A stretch of DNA of 64,000 nt from an uncultured Acidobacteriota bacterium (GTDB lineage: Bacteria > Acidobacteriota > Thermoanaerobaculia > Gp7-AA8): assembly GCA_963741955.1 (NCBI GenBank), contig CAVUKB010000007.1:320001-384000 (forward strand). The letters run 5' to 3'. The position numbers were made by a program, and so were the translations under genes. Positions 56,803 to 64,000 of this stretch are shown here, piece by piece (the stretch's first letter is position 1; every line of letters begins with the position of its first letter). The notes beneath the pieces are model-generated. The model had not been told where the DNA came from. It saw only the letters and a list, made by a program, of their open reading frames with translations, and searched no databases.

Positions 56803-58260
56803 TCAGGCGGCGCAGTCGAATTCGGCGAAGGTCGGGATTCCGGTCACCGGAATGGGGCTCCCGTGAACCCGGCGAGAACGGACGGTGACGTTCGGTGCGT
56901 CGATGAGCGGGATCAATGGCACTTCTTCGAGCAGCAGGTCGATGATCGACCGGAGAACCGGTTCGGATGGATCGAGTCGGAACGTACGCAGCGCCGCGTC
57001 GACCGCGTCGTTGCGGAAACGGGCCACGTTCGGACGGAATTCGGTGGTAGGAACGTTGCTCGATGAAAGGAGAGCGCAGAGATACTCCACCGGATCGGGA
57101 TTGTCGGCCACCCATCCGGCGAGAGCGAGATCCCAGTCTCCGCGGACGAGCGAATCGAAGAACTCTCCGGGGGTTTGAGGGATCTTCAGATCAACCGCAA
57201 TTCCGATCGCTCCCAGTTGCCGGGCGATCTCGCGTCCGACCGGAAGCGGCTTGGGGAGATAGGGTCGCGGGCCCCAGGGAATCAGGAGCGAGACCCGCGT
57301 CGGGCGAGTGACTCCTTTGGTGTTGAAGATCGCCTGCGTCGCGACCGGATCCTGCCGGATCGTTCCGCGGTGCTTGCCCATGATCGGAGGAAGGTAGCCG
57401 GATGCGACGAAGGCGACCGGATTCCGATCGAACGTCTGTTCGGCGATCTTCTCCACCACCAGCGCGTGAGCGATCGCTTTACGCACCATCCGGTTCGAGA
57501 ATGCCGCCGACTCGGTGTTGAAAAAGAGAAATCCGGTCGAGTCGCCGGGATGAAGGGTCGGAACCATCGGGAGGCGGTTCCGCGTCACTTCCTCCATCTG
57601 GAGGGCATTGGTGAAATCGACGTCGCCACCGCGGATCGCTTCGATCAGTGCCGACGGCGAGCCGTCGCTTCCGGCTGGAAAGACCCGGAACTCGATCTCC
57701 TCGAACGGAAGCTGCCCGGCGTGGAAGGGGTTGGCGACGAGACGCATCGTCTCCTTCCGCCCGTTCATTCCGTCGGCTGGATCGAGCATGAATGCTCCGG
57801 TGCCGAGCAGAGCGCTTCCTTTCTGGAGGGCGATGCCGTAGTTCGTCTGCGCGAGAATCCACGCATACCGTGCGTTCGGCTCCCGGAGCCGGATCCAGAC
57901 CCGGTCACCCTTCGCTTCGAATCGGGCCGACCCGTCGTTGCCGCTCGCGCGGTTGAGCGCACGCGCGGCCAACTCCGCAGTGAGAGGAGTGCCGTCCGAA
58001 AAATGAACGTCGTTCCGGATCGATGCCGACCAGCAGGTGTAGCGCTCGAGGCCGGCCTCTTCGCGAAGCGGTTCGGAGAACAGCAGCGGCTCGGCGACGT
58101 CCGGGCGTGAGTGGAAAACGTATGGCGTTTGAAAGATCTGATTGATGACGAGAGCCGAGATGGTGTCCGACGCCGCGTGCGGATCGAGAGTCCTCGGCGG
58201 GCTGGTGATTCCCACCCGAAATGCCTTGCGCGTTACGGGGGGAGCGATGGCTGTACTCAT
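56803..58260 (-). CDS. Family 5 (peptide/nickel-type) solute-binding-domain protein with no evident signal peptide
   Basis: RTLDP, VHFSDGTPLTAE, GTGAF, NRMVRKAIAHAL, GDWDLALAGWVADNPDP, EEVPLIPL. The N-terminus is not hydrophobic. Confidence 0.85.
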   Translation of the reverse strand: MSTAIAPPVTRKAFRVGITSPPRTLDPHAASDTISALVINQIFQTPYVFHSRPDVAEPLLFSEPLREEAGLERYTCWSASIRNDVHFSDGTPLTAELAARALNRASGNDGSARFEAKGDRVWIRLREPNARYAWILAQTNYGIALQKGSALLGTGAFMLDPADGMNGRKETMRLVANPFHAGQLPFEEIEFRVFPAGSDGSPSALIEAIRGGDVDFTNALQMEEVTRNRLPMVPTLHPGDSTGFLFFNTESAAFSNRMVRKAIAHALVVEKIAEQTFDRNPVAFVASGYLPPIMGKHRGTIRQDPVATQAIFNTKGVTRPTRVSLLIPWGPRPYLPKPLPVGREIARQLGAIGIAVDLKIPQTPGEFFDSLVRGDWDLALAGWVADNPDPVEYLCALLSSSNVPTTEFRPNVARFRNDAVDAALRTFRLDPSEPVLRSIIDLLLEEVPLIPLIDAPNVTVRSRRVHGSPIPVTGIPTFAEFDCAA

Positions 58261-58654
58261 TTCGATGACCTCTTCATCCGTGGTCCGTTCCTGCGTTTGC
58301 GAGGGAAACAGACCGGTCCTCTACTAATCCCGAACACGAATTATCGGATGCCCCACACATTTCCGCCATACGGCTTTAGTTAGTGTACTTGTGATTACTT
58401 TGGATAGGGGGTAATCCGGAATAGTCCGGGCGAGACCTCTCCAAACGACATACATCCTGGTGTCTGCGTCGCGTAAGACCCGACCCCGCGACGATCTTCC
58501 GGCAGAGTCGAGGCGGAAGCGACGACGCCGGGACGTGCGGCCGTCGGGCCGATCGAATGGAATCGCCACCTCTTCCCCCTTCTCGTTCGGCCGGAGCCGC
58601 CGACTCGCGGCGGACGCGATATCATTCACGGCAGAAAAGGGGGAAGGAAATTCG

Positions 58655-59383
58655 ATGGATCGACAGGAACGACAGCGACTGGTGGAGCGACGCGAACGAG
58701 GCACGATCCGTCATCCCGGCACGAACTACGGCACCTCGGTCGAAGGAGTCCCGCTGACGGTGTTTCTTCCCGACTCCGGGAGCGCATCCATTCTCATCCT
58801 CGCTTCCATTCATGGCGACGAGTCGGAAACCACCGTGGTGCTGTCGGAAGCACTGCGATGCATTCCCCGGGGCGATCTGAGATCCGCCGTGATTCTCTGC
58901 GGCAACCCCGACGGGATGGTGCGGGGTACCCGCGCCAATGCGCGAGGCGTTGATCTGAACCGGAACTTCCCTACTTCCAACTGGTCTGCGGAGCCGGTCT
59001 GCTACAAGAGCCGCGAGAGCGACGCGCGGGACATCGCTCTGAGTCCCGGTACGCACGCAGGCTCGGAACCCGAAACGGGCGCGCTCGTCCAACTCGTCGG
59101 GAAATTGAAGGTGCGCGCCGTGGTCACTCTCCATTCCGCTTTGGCCTGCGTCGACGATGCGGACGGATCGTTTCTCGGGCGGCAGCTCGCCACCCGTTCC
59201 GCTCTCCCTCTGGAGATCGAGATCGGGTATCCCACCCCGGGATCGATGGGCACCTGGGCCGGCGAACAGAAGCTGAACCTGGTGACGTACGAGCTCGAGC
59301 CTGCCTCACCCTACGACCTGAAGGATCGTCACGTGCCGATCATGATCGATCTCATGACCGGCAGGTTCGAGCTCGACGAATAG
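58655..59383 (+). CDS. mpaA: Murein tripeptide amidase (gamma-D-Glu-mDAP amidase, M14 zinc carboxypeptidase)
   Basis: RRERG...YGTSVEGVPL, IHGDE, NPDG...RANARGVDLNRNFP..NW, GSEPET, TLHS, IGYPTPGSMGTW, VTYE; colinear with E. coli MpaA as I recall it. Confidence 0.88.
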   Translation: MDRQERQRLVERRERGTIRHPGTNYGTSVEGVPLTVFLPDSGSASILILASIHGDESETTVVLSEALRCIPRGDLRSAVILCGNPDGMVRGTRANARGVDLNRNFPTSNWSAEPVCYKSRESDARDIALSPGTHAGSEPETGALVQLVGKLKVRAVVTLHSALACVDDADGSFLGRQLATRSALPLEIEIGYPTPGSMGTWAGEQKLNLVTYELEPASPYDLKDRHVPIMIDLMTGRFELDE

Positions 59384-59385
59384 TC

Positions 59386-60267
59386 ATGCACATTCTCATA
59401 ACCGATTCGGGCGTGGGGGGGCTGTCGGTCTGCGCCTACGCAGAAAGATTCCTCCGGCTCAACGGATTCCGCGAGCCGGTCCGGCTGACCTTCGCCAATG
59501 CCGCCCCGGAGAACGACTACGGCTACAACTCGATGGGGTCGAGAGAGGAGAAGCTGAAGACGTTCGACCGATTCCTTCGGAACGTGACCACTCGATTTGC
59601 TCCCGATTCGATCTACGTCGCGTGCAATACGCTCTCCGTCCTCCTTTCCGACACTCGCTACACCGCAACGGCAGCCATACCGGTGAAGGGGATCGTCGAA
59701 ACAGGGTCCGAGCTTCTTCTCCGGGAGCTTCGATCGTACCCGCGGAGCGTCGCGATGATCTTCGGAACGCAGACCACCATCGAGGCAGGCACGTATCCTC
59801 GATTGCTGAAGGAGCGGGGGATCGAAGTGGAGCGGATCGTCAGCCAGGCCTGTCCGGGGCTGGCGGACACGATCTCCGAAGATCGTGCGGGAGCGAGAAC
59901 GGCGTCCGAGATCGGGAAGTGGGTGCGTGCGGCGGTTGAAAAACCGGAACGGTTGGACCCTTCCTGCATCGCATATCTCGCGTGCACCCATTACGGGTAT
60001 CGCAGTGAGCTCTTCGCTGCCGCCTTCGCCGAGGCGGGGATCGAGGCGACGGTGCTGAATCCGAACGAACGTGCGGTCGAGGACCTGTTCGGCACCGCGG
60101 GCGGCTCGGCGCGGAACGAGCCTCAGCTCGACATCGACGTGCAATTCTTCACCAGGTACAGGATTCCGGACGCGACGGTGGAAACGCTCACGTACTTTCT
60201 CGGCGACATCGCCCCGGCGACGGTCGACGCGATGCAGAATTTCGTGACCATCCCCGATCTGTTCTGA
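59386..60267 (+). CDS. Glutamate racemase (MurI)-like Asp/Glu racemase family protein
   Basis: ITDSGVGGLSV, VACNTLS, GTQTTI, CPGLA, LACTHY (both catalytic Cys present); starts 2 nt after the mpaA stop. Confidence 0.88.
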   Translation: MHILITDSGVGGLSVCAYAERFLRLNGFREPVRLTFANAAPENDYGYNSMGSREEKLKTFDRFLRNVTTRFAPDSIYVACNTLSVLLSDTRYTATAAIPVKGIVETGSELLLRELRSYPRSVAMIFGTQTTIEAGTYPRLLKERGIEVERIVSQACPGLADTISEDRAGARTASEIGKWVRAAVEKPERLDPSCIAYLACTHYGYRSELFAAAFAEAGIEATVLNPNERAVEDLFGTAGGSARNEPQLDIDVQFFTRYRIPDATVETLTYFLGDIAPATVDAMQNFVTIPDLF

Positions 60268-60402
60268 CGAAGTCTCCCCGGACCTCTCTCATGCTCTCAG
60301 TTCCGGAGGCGGCGTGCCTCGCGGTGGCGTGATCCGGGTCGATGCGACAGATCATACGGATGATGCCTGCTGGGAGCGCTCGTCAGACACCACATTCACT
60401 CG

Positions 60403-60431
60403 TTGACCTCAGCCCTCACCACGCGTAGCAT
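60403..60431 (+). promoter_or_regulatory. Sigma70-type promoter for the kinase gene
   Basis: TTGACC-N17-TAGCAT, 25 nt upstream of ATG 60457. Confidence 0.55.
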
Positions 60432-60456
60432 CATTGCTTCCCCTGGAGGACAGATC

Positions 60457-62661
60457 ATGTTGGGAACGACTGTGTCCCACTACCGCATCACGTCACAGCT
60501 GGGCAGTGGTGGAATGGGCGTGGTGTACGAAGCCGAGGACACGCAGCTCGGACGCCGTGTAGCGCTGAAGTTCCTCCCGGACGATCTGGCGAGAGACGAT
60601 TCGGCGCTGCAGCGCTTCCAACGCGAAGCGCGGGCCGCCTCCGCGCTGAATCATCCCGGCATCTGCACGGTCCACGCGATCGAGCAGCAGGGCGAGAACC
60701 ACTTCATCGTGATGGAACTGCTCGAGGGGACGACTCTCGGCGAGGAGATCGCGAAGGGGCCGATGCCGGCGTCGCGTGTCGTCTCGCTCGGTATCGAGAT
60801 CGCCGACGCGCTCGAGTCGGCGCATGCGAAGGGGATCGTTCATCGAGACCTCAAGCCGGCGAACATCTTCGTCACCACGCGCGGGCAGGCGAAGATCCTC
60901 GATTTCGGACTGGCGAAGTTCGAGATCAAGAAAGGACTTCAACTCGCGGCCCCGGACGGAGCGACGGCGGTCCGGGTCGAGGAGCTGACCCGTGCCGGAT
61001 CGACGATCGGTACGGTGTCGTACATGTCTCCGGAGCAGGCTCGCGGCCAGGCCACGGACGCACGCACCGATCTTTTCTCGCTCGGTACGGTCCTCTACCA
61101 GATGGCGAGCGGCACCCTCCCGTTTCAGGGGGAGACGTCCGCGGTGGTGTTCGAGGCACTCCTCAATCGGGATCCTGCGCCGCTGCGCGAGATCGCTCCC
61201 GCAGTCCCTCCGGAGCTGGACCGGATCGTGACCCGCGCGCTGGAGAAGGACCGGAACCTCCGCTACCAGACCGCAACCGATCTGAAGACGGAGCTGCTGC
61301 GCTTCAAGCGCGACGTCGACTCCGGATCGCGACGGGTCTCCGACGCCAGCAGTCCGCGTGCCGAAACGGCGGAGCGGGCCGGCAAGTCGCTCGCCGTTCT
61401 CTACTTCGAGAATCTCAGCGGCGTGAAGGAGGACGAGTACTTCCGCGACGGGATCACCGAGGACATCATCGCCGAGCTGTCGAAGATCGAAGGATTGAGG
61501 GTCTTCTCCCGCCCGACCGTCCTCGCGTACCGCGACCGCCCGACCACGCCGGCGCAGATCGGCCAGCAGCTCGGCGCTTCGTACGTCCTGGCCGGAACGG
61601 TGCGCCGTGCGGGGTCACGTCTGCGAATCAGCGCGCAGCTGGTGGATACCCAGACCGACTTCCCTCTCTGGATCGAACGGTACGATCGGGAAATGAAGGA
61701 CGTCTTCGAAGTGCAGGACGAGATCGCGAGGAAGATCGCGGAGGCACTCCGGATCACTCTCTCGCCGCAGGAACGTGAAGCGATCGCCACGAAGCCGACC
61801 GAGGACCTCCAGGCCTACGACCTCTATCTTCGCGGAAAGAACTACGCACGGCGGCTCTCGAAACAGGATCTCGAGTTCGCCATTCAGATGTTCGAGAACG
61901 CCGTCTCTCTCGACCCGAAATTCGCGCTGGCGCACGCCGCACTCGCGAATGCGTGCGCTCAGTACTTTCACCATTTCGATCGTGCGGAACGGTGGGTCGA
62001 GCGCGCGGGCGAGGCGGCCGAGAGCGCGAGCTCGATCGGCGGAAGCGCTCCGGAAGTCAGCCTGGCGAAGGCCTGGCTCTCGTACATCGGCGGAAGCTAC
62101 CCCGAAGCGATCGCTCACGTCCGGCATGCCATCGACAAGAAGCCCGACACCGAGGGGGCATACTATCTTCTGTCGCGAGCGCTCTTCGCATCCGGTCATT
62201 ACCAGGAGATCATCGACATAGCCGAGGAGGCCCTCGCCCATACCGGAGAGGACTACAACACGTACATCCCGATCGGGAACGCCTACGGCGCTCTGGGGAA
62301 GGAAGAGGCGAACCGCAATCACTGTCAGCGCCGGATGGAAGTGTTCGAAGCTCACCTGAAGAAAGTGCCGGAAGACGCGAGAGCCCGGACGCTCCTGGCG
62401 GGCGACTACGCCCGGCTCGGGAGGCCGGAGGAGGCGAGTCGTGAGCTGACCCTGGCCATGACGCTCCGCCCGGACGACGCGATGGTGATGTACAACGTCG
62501 CCTGCGTCTTCTGCGGCATCGAGAAACCGGACGACGCGATGCGTGCCTTGAAGAAGGCGTGGGAAGGTGGATTCAAGGACACCGACTGGGCTCGCAAGGA
62601 TCCCGACCTGGAGATGCTCAGAGGGACCTCCGAGTTCGAGAGAATGTACCCGGCGGGTTGA
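60457..62661 (+). CDS. Ser/Thr protein kinase with TolB-N-like domain and TPRs
   Basis: [30 protein letters not shown]; [12 protein letters not shown]...[12 protein letters not shown]; AYDLYLRG; YNVACVF; SD GGAGG. Confidence 0.93.
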   Translation: MLGTTVSHYRITSQLGSGGMGVVYEAEDTQLGRRVALKFLPDDLARDDSALQRFQREARAASALNHPGICTVHAIEQQGENHFIVMELLEGTTLGEEIAKGPMPASRVVSLGIEIADALESAHAKGIVHRDLKPANIFVTTRGQAKILDFGLAKFEIKKGLQLAAPDGATAVRVEELTRAGSTIGTVSYMSPEQARGQATDARTDLFSLGTVLYQMASGTLPFQGETSAVVFEALLNRDPAPLREIAPAVPPELDRIVTRALEKDRNLRYQTATDLKTELLRFKRDVDSGSRRVSDASSPRAETAERAGKSLAVLYFENLSGVKEDEYFRDGITEDIIAELSKIEGLRVFSRPTVLAYRDRPTTPAQIGQQLGASYVLAGTVRRAGSRLRISAQLVDTQTDFPLWIERYDREMKDVFEVQDEIARKIAEALRITLSPQEREAIATKPTEDLQAYDLYLRGKNYARRLSKQDLEFAIQMFENAVSLDPKFALAHAALANACAQYFHHFDRAERWVERAGEAAESASSIGGSAPEVSLAKAWLSYIGGSYPEAIAHVRHAIDKKPDTEGAYYLLSRALFASGHYQEIIDIAEEALAHTGEDYNTYIPIGNAYGALGKEEANRNHCQRRMEVFEAHLKKVPEDARARTLLAGDYARLGRPEEASRELTLAMTLRPDDAMVMYNVACVFCGIEKPDDAMRALKKAWEGGFKDTDWARKDPDLEMLRGTSEFERMYPAG

Positions 62662-62838
62662 ATGGTGGTGCGACCCTCCCGGTCGCAACCCGTGGAGATC
62701 GGGGAGGCGATGCTGCACGTCTCGGGCGACGTTGCCTACGAGCGAGGAATCGAGCGTGGGTCCCTGCAGATGGGCAGTCAGACCATCCCGATCGAGCACC
62801 GCGGCAGCGAAAGCAGCGTCGGATCCTCCTTCCCCGTT

Positions 62839-63204
62839 CTACGCCGATGCCGGCTCCGCAACCGGCGTCACTGCGGCCTGATCCTCCTCGCGGGTTCGGA
62901 TCCGATACGCCTTCTCGACCGGGAGGACGAAGATCTTTCCGTCTCCGACCTCGCCCGTCGCGGCGGAGTCGAGGATCGCTTCGACGGTTGGCTCGACGAA
63001 GTGATCGGAGATGCCGATCTCGAGGCGCACCTTCTCCGACAGCTCCATCTTCACGCGCGTGCCGCGGTAAGTGGCGACCCGCTCGAGCTCTCCCCCGTGG
63101 CCCTGGACGCGGCTGATCGAGAGCCCGCGTACTTCCGCACGGAAGAGTGCCTCGAGGACGTCGTTCAACTTCTCGGGGCGGACGATGGCGACGACGAGTT
63201 TCAT
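62839..63204 (-). CDS. glnK: P-II family nitrogen regulator
   Basis: MKLVVAIVRPEKLNDV, YRG, KVRLEI, TGEVGDGKIFV, RIRT; directly downstream of amt. Confidence 0.92.
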   Translation of the reverse strand: MKLVVAIVRPEKLNDVLEALFRAEVRGLSISRVQGHGGELERVATYRGTRVKMELSEKVRLEIGISDHFVEPTVEAILDSAATGEVGDGKIFVLPVEKAYRIRTREEDQAAVTPVAEPASA

Positions 63205-63229
63205 GATCTCCTCCCTTCTTTCCTCTGCT

Positions 63230-64000
63230 TCAGCTCTCCGCCGGAATGGTGTGAGGTGCCGACGCGTGTCTGGAGGCCACGGTCTCCGGGTGGAGGAGAA
63301 TCGCGCCGTCACCACGGGAATACGCTTCTTCGCCATGCTCGCTCAGGTCCATCCCGACGCCCTGATCGCGAGCCTCCGCACGGAGTGGAGTGACGAGAGC
63401 GACGAGTTTCAGAATGGCCCACGTCGCACCAGCACTCCAGGCGAGCACTGCGAGCGACGCGACGATCTGGATTCCGATCTGGCTCGGGTTTCCGAACAGG
63501 AGGCCGTCCGCCACTCCATTCCAGCTCTTCTCGGCGAAGAGTCCGGTCAGCAGTGCGCCCGTCAGACCGCCGACGCCGTGGGCAGCGACCACGTCGAGCG
63601 AGTCGTCGAGCCTGGTGCGTGCTCTCCACAGGAGTGCGAAATGGCTCGGCACCGCAGCGATTCCACCCAGCGCGATCGCAGAGATGGGGCTTACGAAACC
63701 TGCGGCCGGAGTGATCGCGACGAGCCCGACGACGATTGCCGTCGCCGCACCCACGGCGGTGGCCTTTTCCGTTCGGAACAGATCGAGGAGCGTCCACGCC
63801 ACCAGTGTCGCCATCGGTGCGAGCATCGTGTTCGTGAATGCCAGGGCGGCGATGCGGTCCGCCGCGAGCGCGCTCCCGGCGTTGAAACCGAACCATCCGA
63901 GCCAGAGGAGTCCCGCACCGAGGAGCGTGAACGGAACGTTCTGCGGAAGGATGGCCTGCCGGGCGTAGTCTTTGCGCGTCCCGAGGACGGTCGCCGCCAC
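63230..64000 (-). CDS. amtB: Ammonium transporter, C-terminal part; 5' end lies outside the window
   Basis: LLWLGWFGFNAGS, GLVAITPAAG, DDSLDVVAAHGVGG, GMDLSEHGE. Confidence 0.95.
   Translation of the reverse strand: MAATVLGTRKDYARQAILPQNVPFTLLGAGLLWLGWFGFNAGSALAADRIAALAFTNTMLAPMATLVAWTLLDLFRTEKATAVGAATAIVVGLVAITPAAGFVSPISAIALGGIAAVPSHFALLWRARTRLDDSLDVVAAHGVGGLTGALLTGLFAEKSWNGVADGLLFGNPSQIGIQIVASLAVLAWSAGATWAILKLVALVTPLRAEARDQGVGMDLSEHGEEAYSRGDGAILLHPETVASRHASAPHTIPAES

Noticed and set aside
62662-63393. 243-aa plus-strand ORF after the kinase
   Set aside because: Mostly antisense to glnK/amt, with no motif or SD support.
1-64000. Prophage, defence island, rRNA or tRNA genes
   Set aside because: No phage structural, integrase, restriction-modification or cas genes, and no tRNA/rRNA-like sequence recognised; gene content is largely housekeeping and metabolic.

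Overview
This is a high-GC (roughly 65% by eye) chromosomal window from a diderm bacterium. Gene content points to Acidobacteriota, possibly Thermoanaerobaculia-like (Oar-type TonB receptor, sulfatase-TPR lipoprotein, Ser/Thr kinase-TPR proteins); this is an inference. It holds about 39 CDS, mostly envelope biogenesis, peptide/amino-acid/nitrogen salvage and signalling, and I found no rRNA, tRNA or CRISPR array. Most notable: (1) a single ~2,400-aa ORF fusing an inner-membrane-anchored TamB/AsmA bridge to seven POTRA domains and an Omp85 barrel, which could span both membranes; (2) a DUF2442-DUF4160 putative toxin-antitoxin pair in reversed order, bracketed by ~105-bp hairpin-forming direct repeats; (3) mpaA coupled to a MurI-like racemase opposite a signal-less SBP5 protein; (4) an LtaS-like enzyme with two N-terminal Ig-like repeats; (5) many structured intergenic repeats, including modular 190-bp and 229-bp REP/BIME-like arrays, a dispersed covarying hairpin element and inverted heptamer tracts; (6) an intact IS1634-family element with a 6-bp target duplication. 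All product calls come from motif recognition by eye, without database searches.
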